Positions 30,939 through 40,139 of a DNA stretch of 64,000 nucleotides are shown here, piece after piece. Under the pieces are notes generated by a model, which worked only from the letters and a program-made list of their open reading frames with translations, made no database searches and was not told the DNA's origin. The stretch's first letter is position 1; every line of letters begins with the position of its first letter. Source of the DNA: Xanthobacteraceae bacterium (lineage in GTDB: Bacteria > Pseudomonadota > Alphaproteobacteria > Rhizobiales > Xanthobacteraceae); NCBI GenBank assembly GCA_035642635.1, contig DASQRX010000109.1, positions 4,115 to 68,114 on the forward strand. The letters are read 5' to 3'. Both the position numbers and the translations under genes were made by a program.

Positions 30939-31758
30939 CTAAGCCGCCGGTAATAGCTTCAGGACCGGGGCCGCTGGCGATTGGGCTTTCGTGGCGTCGT
31001 AATAATCCCAGGCCTTTTCATGGACGTAATAAACCAGGGGGGCGATCGCGAGGCTGAAGGCTGGTCAGTCCCGCGGCGGCCGCGAGATCGCGGACGAAGA
31101 GATAATTGGCGCCAAATTCCGACACCGCGGTCACGCCCTCATAGGTGACCGTCTTGGCCACAGCCCTGCTCACCTTGACGCGCGCGAAGTGCGTCCGCCC
31201 ATTTTCCTCGCCCTCCGCCGCGCCTGGAATCGGCACAGCCACCGTGGCCTCGAGCGGGTTGGGATGTCGCGCCGAGGCGGGGCCGTAATAGTGCCAAGCC
31301 GCTTCATGAGCGAAATAGGCGATGGGGCCGGCGACAAGCGACAAGCTCGACAACCCCGCCGCGGTCGTCAGCTCGCCGATCACGAAATAATTCGCGCCGA
31401 AGTCGGCGGTCGTGACAATCACCCGATAGGTGAAGGTCTTGACGACCGCCCGCCACGTGTCGAAGCTCGCGGGCACGCCGGAAGCCGGCGCCGCCGTGGA
31501 ATGCGCTGTTGGCGCGGAGGGAACCGGGGACGGCGCGGTCCGCCGCAGTCTATCCCCCAAGCCGCGCAACATGTCACGCGGAACCAAACGCGGCGCCAGC
31601 ACAGCGGCGCCGCCAATCAATAAGCCGGGAATAAGCGCCGCCTCGACGATCGCCGCACCCGCCGCGACAGCCCCAAGAGTCGCGACCGTCCCGACGACGC
31701 CCGGCCCGAAAACCGAGCTGGGAAACCAACCGCTGGCGTGCTTGAAAGACGTCGTCAA
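30939..31758 (-). pseudogene. membrane protein with two DUF2061-like repeats, 1-nt frame disruption in the second repeat
   Basis: TTG start with GGAGAA. The first repeat reads FTYRVIVTTADFGANYFVIGELTTAAGLSSLSLVAGPIAYFAHEAAWHYY. The second repeat breaks at about 31065 and continues in another frame as SLAIAPLVYYVHEKAWDYY to a stop at 30939. Confidence 0.6.
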
Positions 31759-31910
31759 AGAGGTTTCTCCGTCATTGCGGTCGCCGTCTGGCGATACAAG
31801 CGGCGAGAGAATGCCGCCGTCAAGTAACGGCGGAATGACCGCGCGGGCCTGCGCCGCGGATGTCCGCTTTGGGGGGTAACGCGGAGGCGGCGGATTTATG
31901 AGTCCACGGC

Positions 31911-33335
31911 CTAGATTCCCCGCAGCGCCTCGCGCCACTTGTCCGCAATGGCGTTGCCCTCCTGCTGCGACAGCGCGGAGGTCGGTGGAAATTTGTCGAT
32001 CCAGGCGAACGGCCGGCAGGCTTCGATGATCGCCTTGGAATGCGAGGTGATCCCGCGCTGCTTGTCTTCGGCCGGAATGCGCGGGTCGAGCGCCGAGCTC
32101 CAGGCGTTGCGCAAGATATCGATCTGTTCCGACGGCTCGCAGCGCGTCGTGACCGCCCACATCACATCGTTGAGGTCGGACGGATCGATATCGTCGTCCA
32201 CGACCACAACCAGGCGTCCCATGTAGCTGTGGGCGGCCGCGATCAGAGCGGCGCGCTTGGCATGGCCGGCATAACGCTGCTTGAGCGCGACCACGGTCAT
32301 GAGCTGCGAGACGTGCTGCCAGACGCCGGTGATGTCGGTGATGCCGGCTGATTCCAGGTTGCTCCAGATGCCGGCGGCGCGAAACGGCAGGCCGAAATGA
32401 AAGCGCGGCGGCTTCATCGGCGGCGAGCCGAGCAGGATCGGGTCTCGGCGATGATGGATCGCCGTCACCGTCATCACCGGACAGGGCCGCTTGTCGGCGG
32501 CGTAGTAGCCGGTGAATTCGCCAAACGGCCCTTCGAACAGCGTTGCCGTGCCCGGCGGCGATAACTCGCCCTCAAGGATGATCTCGGCATAAGCCGGCAG
32601 CGGCAGTCCGGTCAGAGGCCCGGCATATGTTTCGACCGGCGCACCTTTGATGGCGCCGGCGAAATCATATTCCGACTGGCCCGCGGAGAGATATTCGAAG
32701 CCGGCGATGAACAGAGCCGGGTCCTCGCCGTTGACCACCGCGAGCGGGCAGGACAAGCCGCGATCCCAATATTTCTTGGCGATGATGGCGCCGTGCCGGC
32801 CCTGATGATCGAACTGCACGGTGACCTTGTCGCGCTCGTGCACCTGCACGCGATAGATCGAGGCATTGATCCAGCCGTCGTCGGGGTCACGCATGATGAC
32901 GAGGCTGCCCGAGCCGATATAGGGCCCGCCATCCTCGCGGTGCCAATAAGGCGCCGGAAATTTTGCGAGGTCGACGTCTGCGCCGCGCAGCGTGTTCTCA
33001 AGAAAGGCGGCGTCCGTCACCGTGATAGGGCTGCGCATTTTCAAGCTCTGGCGCTTGACCATCCAGGCCTTGAGCGCGTCGAGCGGCTTGAGCACGGGGT
33101 CGATGCCGAGCGCCAGCGCTGCCCGTTGCACATTGGTGGTGGCATTGGTGAAGACGCGAAAGCCGCGCGCGTGACCCTTGATGTTGTCGAACAGGAGCGC
33201 CGGGCACGCGGGCAGGCCGGCCGCGACCTCGGTGATGCCTCCGATCTCGAAGCGCGGATCGGCGCCATCGATGCGGCGCAGCGCGCCCAAGTCGTCGACT
33301 TGGGCAATAAATTCCCGCAAATCCTGGTACAGCAC
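31911..33335 (-). CDS. UbiD-family (prenyl-FMN-dependent) decarboxylase
   Basis: GTG start with GGGGAG. It begins LYQDLREFI and is UbiD-like across its full length (~475 aa). No ubiX is adjacent. Confidence 0.85.
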   Translation of the reverse strand: MLYQDLREFIAQVDDLGALRRIDGADPRFEIGGITEVAAGLPACPALLFDNIKGHARGFRVFTNATTNVQRAALALGIDPVLKPLDALKAWMVKRQSLKMRSPITVTDAAFLENTLRGADVDLAKFPAPYWHREDGGPYIGSGSLVIMRDPDDGWINASIYRVQVHERDKVTVQFDHQGRHGAIIAKKYWDRGLSCPLAVVNGEDPALFIAGFEYLSAGQSEYDFAGAIKGAPVETYAGPLTGLPLPAYAEIILEGELSPPGTATLFEGPFGEFTGYYAADKRPCPVMTVTAIHHRRDPILLGSPPMKPPRFHFGLPFRAAGIWSNLESAGITDITGVWQHVSQLMTVVALKQRYAGHAKRAALIAAAHSYMGRLVVVVDDDIDPSDLNDVMWAVTTRCEPSEQIDILRNAWSSALDPRIPAEDKQRGITSHSKAIIEACRPFAWIDKFPPTSALSQQEGNAIADKWREALRGI

Positions 33336-33613
33336 GTTGCACTCCCCACGCGGTGCGCCGGTCTCGAACATTCCCGATAGTACTAGAGCCGGCAATAGCC
33401 GACATCGATCCCGGAGCCTGCTCCGCCGATGGCCGCGCGCTGATGCGTACACGCGCTGGCCTCCCGCCATAATTCGTTAACCGCCCGTTGCCTATCTGAA
33501 GCAAATGCTGGCGCGCAAAGGCGATATGCCGCTGTCAAAACGCGCGGCGCGGTCCGACGCCGGATCGAGCTGATAGCCCGCACGCCTGGAATTCAGCAAG
33601 GTCGCAGCTAATT

Positions 33614-34607
33614 CTATTGCAGCGCCATCACGCGGATGGCGGCCGGGCCGAGAATGACGACAAACAGCACCGGCAGGAAGAACACGATCATCGGCACTGT
33701 GAGCTTCGGCGGCAGGCCGGCCGCTTTCTTCTCGGCTTCCGACATGCGCATGTCGCGATTTTCCTGCGCCAGCACGCGCAATGTCGTCGCCAGCGGCGTG
33801 CCGTAGCGCTCGGATTGCTGCAAAGCCAGACAAACGGATTTGACGCCTTCAAGCCCGGTGCGCTGCGCCAAATTCTCGTAAGCCTGGCGGCGATCCGGCA
33901 AATACGACAATTCCGCCGTCGTCAGCGTGAACTCCTCCGCCAGCGCCACCGACTGCGTGCCGATTTCCTCGCTGACTTTGCGGAACGCCGCTTCGATCGA
34001 CATGCCGGATTCCACGCAGATCAAGAGCAAGTCGAGCGCGTCGGGGAAGGCGCGCTTGATGGTAAGCTGGCGGCGCTGAATCTTGTTCCGCAGGAACAGA
34101 TTCGGACTTTGCATGCCGAGATAGGCGCAGCCGATGCAGATGCCGACCTTAACCAACGGCGGATAATCGAGATTGAGCACGACGAAGATATAGAACAGCG
34201 AGCCGAACAGCATGATGATCGGCATCGACATGCGGAAGAACAGATAAGTGATGTAGGGCGCCTGGCCGCGGAACTGCCCACCGAGGGCCGCGGATCGGAT
34301 CGCCCGCCACCATGCCGACGCGCACGATCGCGCCGACAAACTGGTCGGGGGCGTTGGGCTGGTCGGATTTCTTGATGAAGCTCGAATTCGCCGCCGCGGC
34401 CGGCCAGGTCTGCCAGCCGATATCGGCGCCCTCGATCACCTGTCCGCGGGTGAGATCCGCCTTCGCCACAAGCACATCCACCGCCGTCTCAAGCTGCGCT
34501 TGCGGCGGCGGCGGAGGCGCGGACCCTTTGTTGCTCGCGGCTAAAAATGCGGCGACGCCGCCGGCGGCGACAGCGACACCGAGTACCACGAGACGCGCGG
34601 CTTTCAT
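33614..34607 (-). pseudogene. cpaB'-'tadC fusion remnant (N-terminal ~105 codons of CpaB joined out of frame to C-terminal ~215 codons of TadC)
   Basis: The CpaB-like start reads MKAARLVVLGVAVAAGGVAAFLA...VDVLVAKADLTRGQ...AGDPIR. A different frame then gives FRGQAPYITYLFF...KRAFPDALDLLLICVESG...LPPKLTVPMIVFFLP (T2SSF/TadC C-terminus). Confidence 0.7.
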
Positions 34608-34776
34608 GACGCTTCGCTTTCCACGTGACGCCACGACCAAAAGCGGCCGTTGCCGTGGATATCATCAGCTAAACGTCAAGGCATGGTTAATGAGGCGTAT
34701 CCAAATTGCGTTAATCTTGCGTTGACGAATGGGGCAAGGCGCTCGTTAGAACAAAGCTGCCGCTACGGCGCGTCGA

Positions 34777-35283
34777 TCAGAGACCGAGCGTCGTCATCCA
34801 TTGGGTCTGCGGATAGACCATGAGAGCCGCCACGGCGAGCGCGATGCCATAGGGAATACCGCCGCCTTCACGATGCAGCCGTTCCGCCCAGTCCTGGCCG
34901 ACGAGCAACGGCGGCAGCGGCATGGTGCGGAATTGGACGATCGCCAAGGTCAGCGCGCCGCCAAGGAGCGACGCATAGACCAGATAGTCGAACAGGTGAC
35001 CGAAGCCGAGCCATAGCGCCGTTGCCGCCGCAAGCTTGGCGTCGCCGCCGCCGATCCAGCCGCGGGCGAAGCAGAAAAACGCCACCACCAGCACCACCGC
35101 CATGGCGCCGAGATGCGACAACAATTCCGGGCCCGTTATACCGCTGAGCAGCGCTTGGACAATGAAGCCGGCAACGAGGATCAGCGACACGCGATTGGCA
35201 ATCGTCATCGTCAAGAGATCGCTTGACGCGGCGAACGCCATCATCGCCGGAAACAGCGTCAGTTCGATTGCTTCAGTCAGCAT
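34777..35283 (-). CDS. cpaA: A24-family prepilin peptidase CpaA
   Basis: A 168-aa polytopic membrane protein with the GGGDAKL active-site motif, lying between flp and cpaB'. Confidence 0.8.
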   Translation of the reverse strand: MLTEAIELTLFPAMMAFAASSDLLTMTIANRVSLILVAGFIVQALLSGITGPELLSHLGAMAVVLVVAFFCFARGWIGGGDAKLAAATALWLGFGHLFDYLVYASLLGGALTLAIVQFRTMPLPPLLVGQDWAERLHREGGGIPYGIALAVAALMVYPQTQWMTTLGL

Positions 35284-35442
35284 GGCAATGTCGCTCTGCT
35301 TCTCGTTGCGCCGTGCCGCCGGAATACGCTGCGCCGGTTGAGGTGGGTTAGCGCCGGCGCAGATCGCGGCAGGCTGCGCCAAAAATCGAAAAGGCCCCGG
35401 CAATTGACCGGAGCCCTCTCGTAACACTGCGAAAGACGAAGT

Positions 35443-35607
35443 TTACTTGAGGGCGGTCGAAACGCTGCCGAACGTGGTGTTCAGCTTGGTGCCGAGGCCC
35501 TGCACGACCGCGATGATCGCGACCGAAATGCCGGCGGCGATGAGGCCGTATTCAATGGCCGTCGCGCCCGACTCGTCCTTCACGAAACGTGACAAAATGG
35601 TCTTCAT
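35443..35607 (-). CDS. flp: Flp-family type IVb pilin
   Basis: The ATG is preceded by AAGGAG. It carries the Flp motif GATAIEYGLIAAGISVAIIA and is 54 aa long. Confidence 0.85.
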   Translation of the reverse strand: MKTILSRFVKDESGATAIEYGLIAAGISVAIIAVVQGLGTKLNTTFGSVSTALK

Positions 35608-36117
35608 GAGTTGGCTCCTTAAGGTCCACACGTAGCTGTCTGAGCTGATCCAACGGTTTATTAGGGACCGTTTGGATCGTGTGGCGAAGCTATCCCCGAG
35701 AAATTTCAACGGGGTTAAACCGATCGATGAAACACCCTATCAATCGGGCTTTCCGCGATGTAGTTAACATCGCGTTGCGTAAAAAGATTACACTGGAATC
35801 TCGCGCCAGATCCGCACGTCCGCGTAAGCGTCGCTTGCAGCCGTCGTAATGCGGCCGTCATTTGTTTACGGTCGATATACCAAGACATCGCCGCGTGACG
35901 CACAACCGTCAGAACGCGTACCGCCAGGCTAGCGGGCATTTGTTGCGCGCGCGTAAGCGCGCCGTGCAACTTTGTATCAAACAAACATCCGATCGTCGTC
36001 ACGCGTGGCCGCTCTCGCCGCAGCCGTTCACGGCATCTTAATCGGCACGTCGCTATCAAAGCCGGACATCCCCATATCCTGATATATGCGGATGCCGGCG
36101 ACGCAGGCTTTCACACT

Positions 36118-36945
36118 ATGACTGAAGAACTGCTCTCTTTCCTCATCAGTTTAGGCCAGACATTCATGAAGAATCTGCCGATCTCGCTCGGATTGGCGAT
36201 CGTTTTCACCGTGCTGACCTCGCTCTGGGCCTGCAATCCGGGTAAGCTGTGGTGGCGCAAGAGCGATATCGTCACCGATCTTTGCTATTGGTTCTTCATC
36301 CCCGTCATCGCCCGTTATCTGCGCATCGGCCTCTTGGTCGTCGGCGCCGCCGCGCTGTTTCACATCACCACCGCGGACGGACTGATCGCATTCTACGATA
36401 ACGGTCGCGGACCGTTGGCTGCGCTGCCCCTCCCCGTTCAGATGGTCCTCTTCCTCGTCGGCGAAGATATCATCCTCTATTGGACGCATCGCCTGTTCCA
36501 CGGTCGGCGCATGTGGCGCTATCACGCGGTGCATCACTCGTCCGAAGAACTCGAATGGATCTCGGCGGCGCGGTTCCACCCGGTCAACTTGTTCCTCGGC
36601 AGCGTTGCGGCCGACGTGGTCATGCTCCTGATCGGCATTTCGCCGAACGTGTTTGTGGTGCTCGGCCCGCTGACGATCGCGCATTCGGCCTTCGTGCACG
36701 CTAATCTCGACTGGACGCTCGGCCCGTTCAAATACGTGATCGCCGGTCCGGTATTCCATCGCTGGCACCACACCGCCGCCGATCGCGGCGGCGACAAGAG
36801 CTTCGCCGCGACCTTCCCGATCCTCGACGTCATCTTCGGCACGTTCTACATGCCCGCAGGCGAGCGTCCCGATCACTACGGCGTCGCCGAGCGCGAATAC
36901 CCGACGAGCTTTACGGCGCAGCTCGTGCATCCATTCACGCAGTAG
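36118..36945 (+). CDS. fatty acid hydroxylase / sterol desaturase superfamily membrane protein
   Basis: It has the histidine boxes HRLFH, HAVHH and HRWHH and several TM segments. Confidence 0.8.
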   Translation: MTEELLSFLISLGQTFMKNLPISLGLAIVFTVLTSLWACNPGKLWWRKSDIVTDLCYWFFIPVIARYLRIGLLVVGAAALFHITTADGLIAFYDNGRGPLAALPLPVQMVLFLVGEDIILYWTHRLFHGRRMWRYHAVHHSSEELEWISAARFHPVNLFLGSVAADVVMLLIGISPNVFVVLGPLTIAHSAFVHANLDWTLGPFKYVIAGPVFHRWHHTAADRGGDKSFAATFPILDVIFGTFYMPAGERPDHYGVAEREYPTSFTAQLVHPFTQ

Positions 36946-37193
36946 CGGCCATCAGAGCCGCGCGGCGGCCACGCCGTGAAGGTCATTCGCATCCGCAATC
37001 ATCGTTAAGTAACCGTCACCAGGGCGTTTTCCCGCATGCAGCGGGGCCGCGGATTTGCACTTCATTCACTAATTTGCAGTCAAGTGGATTGGTCGCGTTA
37101 GAGCATGCGAGAACTCTAGTTCGGCCCTTGAGTTGTCGAATCCGCGTAGCGTTTCGGAGAGTATCGATGGCGGCGTTATGCGTGCCGGGCCGG

Positions 37194-37679
37194 ATGGCCA
37201 AAAGCGCGCTGCATTGGCTGGCGGCGGCCATCCTGTTCGCCGTTTTTGCCACGCTGGTCGTCACCCCAGCCGTCGCCGACGAGCCGATCGTGGTTCGGCT
37301 CGATCAAGCCACCCTCTTTAAGGTCCCCGATCACGCCGCGACGGTGGTGTTGGGCAATCCGCTGATCGCCGACGTTACGATTCAGTCCGGCGGCATCGCC
37401 GTCCTCACCGGCAAGGGCTATGGCGGAACCAATGTCATAGTCCTGGACCGCGGCGGCGTCGTGTTGTCGGAGAAAGCCGTCGTGGTCACCGGACCGTCCG
37501 ATCACGTGGTATTCGTTTATCGCGGGCCCTCGCGCACCACCTATAGCTGCAACCCCGACTGTTCGGCGCGCGTCAACCTCGGCGACGATCCCGATGTGTT
37601 CGACAAGATCCTCGGCGAAACCGTGACCCGCACCACCCAGGCCTTGACCGCCGGCGTCAATACCCAGCCCAACCGATAG
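37194..37679 (+). CDS. secreted protein with pilus-formation N-terminal (CpaC N-domain-like) region
   Basis: A signal peptide is followed by VVRLDQATLFKVPDHAATVVLGNPLIADVTIQSGGIAVLTGKGYGGTNVIVLD. The start is uncertain (37074-37194). Confidence 0.55.
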   Translation: MAKSALHWLAAAILFAVFATLVVTPAVADEPIVVRLDQATLFKVPDHAATVVLGNPLIADVTIQSGGIAVLTGKGYGGTNVIVLDRGGVVLSEKAVVVTGPSDHVVFVYRGPSRTTYSCNPDCSARVNLGDDPDVFDKILGETVTRTTQALTAGVNTQPNR

Positions 37680-37688
37680 GCCTCCGGC

Positions 37689-38141
37689 TTACGGGATCGG
37701 GAGTGCCGTCGTCGACTTGATCTTCTCCATCGCAAAGCGTGACGTGACGTTCTTCAGCGGCACCGTCGCAATCAGCCGCTTGTAAAAGGTATCGTAGCCG
37801 GCAATGTCCGGCACCACGACGCGCAACATGTAATCGACGTCGCCCGCCATGCGATAGAATTCCATCACTTCCGGCATGGCGGTGACCGTCTTGGCGAATT
37901 TGTCGAGCCAGTCCTGCGAATGGTCGCCGGTCTCGATCGACACGAAAACGCTGATGCCGAGCCCGATACTGTCCTGATCGATAATCGCCACGCGCTTTTG
38001 GATGACGCCGTCGGCCTCCAGCCGCTGGATGCGCTTCCAGCATGGCGTCGACGACAGGCCGACCCGGGAGCCGATCTCGGCGACGGAAAGAGCGGCGTTA
38101 TCCTGCAGAACTGCAAGGATTTTTCGGTCTATAGCGTCCAT
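37689..38141 (-). CDS. Lrp/AsnC-family transcriptional regulator
   Basis: It begins MDAIDRKILAVLQDNAALSVAEIGSRVGLSSTPCWKRIQRLE and carries a C-terminal RAM/AsnC_trans_reg domain. Confidence 0.85.
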   Translation of the reverse strand: MDAIDRKILAVLQDNAALSVAEIGSRVGLSSTPCWKRIQRLEADGVIQKRVAIIDQDSIGLGISVFVSIETGDHSQDWLDKFAKTVTAMPEVMEFYRMAGDVDYMLRVVVPDIAGYDTFYKRLIATVPLKNVTSRFAMEKIKSTTALPIP

Positions 38142-38199
38142 AGAAATATTCTTCCACAAGATTGCCGATATGGCTATCTATAGAGAAAAATATTCCAAA

Positions 38200-39165
38200 T
38201 CAAGCGGTCGGTTGGACGGACTCCCCGGCTACCAGTGCCTCGACCTCGAGCCGATTGGGACAGCCCGCCGATCCGCCGACGCGCGTGCACTTGATGCCGG
38301 CAACTGCCGCGCCAAAGCGCATGGCGTCGGTGACGCTTTGGCCCTCCGCCAACGCCAGGAGAAAGCCGCCGTGCAACGCATCGCCGGCGCCGAGCGTATC
38401 GACGGCGGAAATCTTGAACACCGGCAGGTGACGCAGCACGCCATTGTCGAGATAGACGATGTCGTCCGGCCCGTTGCTGACGGCAAGGAACGCGCCGGTC
38501 TGTTTGGCGATGCGCTTGAGGCCGTCGCCGAGATCAGTCACGCCTGTCGTCGCGCGCAGGCACTCCGAGGAAAAGATCACGTGGCTGGCGAGATGGAACA
38601 GCGGATCGTCCTCGACGGTCGGCCGGTCGCCGTCAAGCAAAATGGGTAGCTTACGCCGCCGCGCCGCTTCGCAGATCGGCAGCACGAAATCCGGGTAGCG
38701 GTTGTCGACCAGGACCGCATCGGCAGTGGCGACGATCGCGTCCGGATCTTTGGGTTTGGTTGCCGCGACCCGCTCGTCCCGATAGGTCACGATGGTGCGG
38801 TCGCCGCGCGCATTCATGAAAATTGCCGACAGCGCCGTCGCCATGCCATCGATGCGCTGACAGAACGTGCAATCGACATTATCGCGAACGAGCGCCTTGA
38901 GCACGCGGTCGCCGTTGCCGTCTTCACCCGCGGGGCCACCCAGCGGACCGGCAAGCGCGGCGCGGCCGCCGAGCCGCGCGATCGCCACCGCCGCGTTCGC
39001 CGCGCAGCCGCCATTGACGACAAAAAAATCCTTGGCCTGCACCTTGCCGTCAGGCTGCGGGAATTCCTCGACGCGAAACACTTCGTCGAGCACGATGATG
39101 CCGGCGCAGAGAATGTGGAGCGCGGCGTTATGCGATGAACTGTTACGCAAGGACATGGCAGCCAT
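38200..39165 (-). CDS. PfkB-family carbohydrate/nucleoside kinase
   Basis: It has a ribokinase-like fold and the C-terminal signature DTLGAGDALHGGF. Its start overlaps the nudC 3' end. Confidence 0.8.
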   Translation of the reverse strand: MAAMSLRNSSSHNAALHILCAGIIVLDEVFRVEEFPQPDGKVQAKDFFVVNGGCAANAAVAIARLGGRAALAGPLGGPAGEDGNGDRVLKALVRDNVDCTFCQRIDGMATALSAIFMNARGDRTIVTYRDERVAATKPKDPDAIVATADAVLVDNRYPDFVLPICEAARRRKLPILLDGDRPTVEDDPLFHLASHVIFSSECLRATTGVTDLGDGLKRIAKQTGAFLAVSNGPDDIVYLDNGVLRHLPVFKISAVDTLGAGDALHGGFLLALAEGQSVTDAMRFGAAVAGIKCTRVGGSAGCPNRLEVEALVAGESVQPTA

Positions 39166-40108
39166 GCTCGACGAAATCGCGGATGATGTGATGCGCGATG
39201 GCGACCGGCGGCGGCGTGGTCAAGCCGTCCTTGTGCTGGCGCTTGAGCATCGCCGCCAATTCGTCGCGGTCGAACCAGCGCGCATTCTCAAGCTCCTCGT
39301 AATCGATCACGATCTTGTCCGACAGCGCCTGCGCGTGACAGCCGATCATCAGCGAGGACGGAAACGGCCACGGCTGCGAGGCAAAATATTTCACCCGGCC
39401 ACAGGTGATGCCGGCCTCTTCCAGAACTTCGCGCCGCACCGCTTCCTCGATGGTTTCGCCGGGTTCGATGAAACCGGCGAGGCAGGACCACATGGTCGGC
39501 GCGAAACGCCGCGAGCGGCCGAGTACGCAGCGATCGCCGGCAATCACCAGCATGATCACCACCGGATCGGTGCGCGGAAAATGCTGGGCCTTGCAGACCG
39601 GGCAATCGCGCCGCCATCCGGCTTGCACGAGGTTCGTCGGCGAACCGCAATTCGGGCAGAAGCGGTGACGCGCGTGCCAGCCGAGCAGCGCCTTAGCTTC
39701 GGCGAGCGGCGCCAGATCGTCGGCGCCGACCAGGCCCTGGACTGCGATGCTGCGCAGATCGGTGACTTTCAGATCGTTGCGCGCTTGCAACGCTTCGGCG
39801 GTTTGCGGATCGAGACCGAAGCCGAACCGCGGCGCGTCGTTGATGGCGCCAAGAAAGACACTCTCGCGCACCGCGCCGAGCGCGCGGGCTTCGGCCGGCG
39901 AAAACAGCGGATCGCATGTTTCGCCCGCTTGATCGCCGGAACTCTTGAGCACAATGATTTCGCCGCCGATCAGATATACGCCGGCGCGCGCGTGTTCGGA
40001 CAATTCCTTCATCGCGCCCGCGTCGCCACGGCGTTGCGCCATGCGATCGATCAAGCTCGCGGTGTAGCCGAGCCGGGGCTTTTGGCCGAGTTCGGAGGGT
40101 GCTGGCAC
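39143..40108 (-). CDS. nudC: NAD+ diphosphatase (NADH pyrophosphatase) NudC
   Basis: It has the zinc ribbon CPNCG...CPVC and the Nudix box GFIEPGETIEEAVRREVLEEAGI. Confidence 0.85.
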   Translation of the reverse strand: MPAPSELGQKPRLGYTASLIDRMAQRRGDAGAMKELSEHARAGVYLIGGEIIVLKSSGDQAGETCDPLFSPAEARALGAVRESVFLGAINDAPRFGFGLDPQTAEALQARNDLKVTDLRSIAVQGLVGADDLAPLAEAKALLGWHARHRFCPNCGSPTNLVQAGWRRDCPVCKAQHFPRTDPVVIMLVIAGDRCVLGRSRRFAPTMWSCLAGFIEPGETIEEAVRREVLEEAGITCGRVKYFASQPWPFPSSLMIGCHAQALSDKIVIDYEELENARWFDRDELAAMLKRQHKDGLTTPPPVAIAHHIIRDFVEHGCHVLA

Positions 40109-40139
40109 GGTGATCAGACGCGATCGAATGTGAGCTTTA

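Noticed and set aside
31759-32160. The N-terminal extension of ORF 31018-32160, overlapping the ubiD-family gene.
   Set aside because: The extension is Arg/Gly-rich and overlaps the well-supported UbiD C-terminus. A TTG at 31758 with a GGAGAA RBS is a better start.
33372-33613. Possible remnant of a tadD/TPR gene between 'tadC and the ubiD-family gene.
   Set aside because: Six-frame reading gives only short, unconvincing peptides. I cannot support a call without a similarity search.
35715-36059. A 114-aa ORF in the 500-bp flp / fatty-acid-hydroxylase intergenic region.
   Set aside because: The product is Cys/Arg-rich with odd composition, there is no RBS, and it lies in a lower-GC region that is more likely regulatory DNA for flp.
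35610-36117. CtrA-type boxes (TTAA-N7-TTAAC) upstream of flp, as in Caulobacter pilA.
   Set aside because: Only isolated TTAAC/GTTAA half-sites are present. No full-spacing match was seen by eye.
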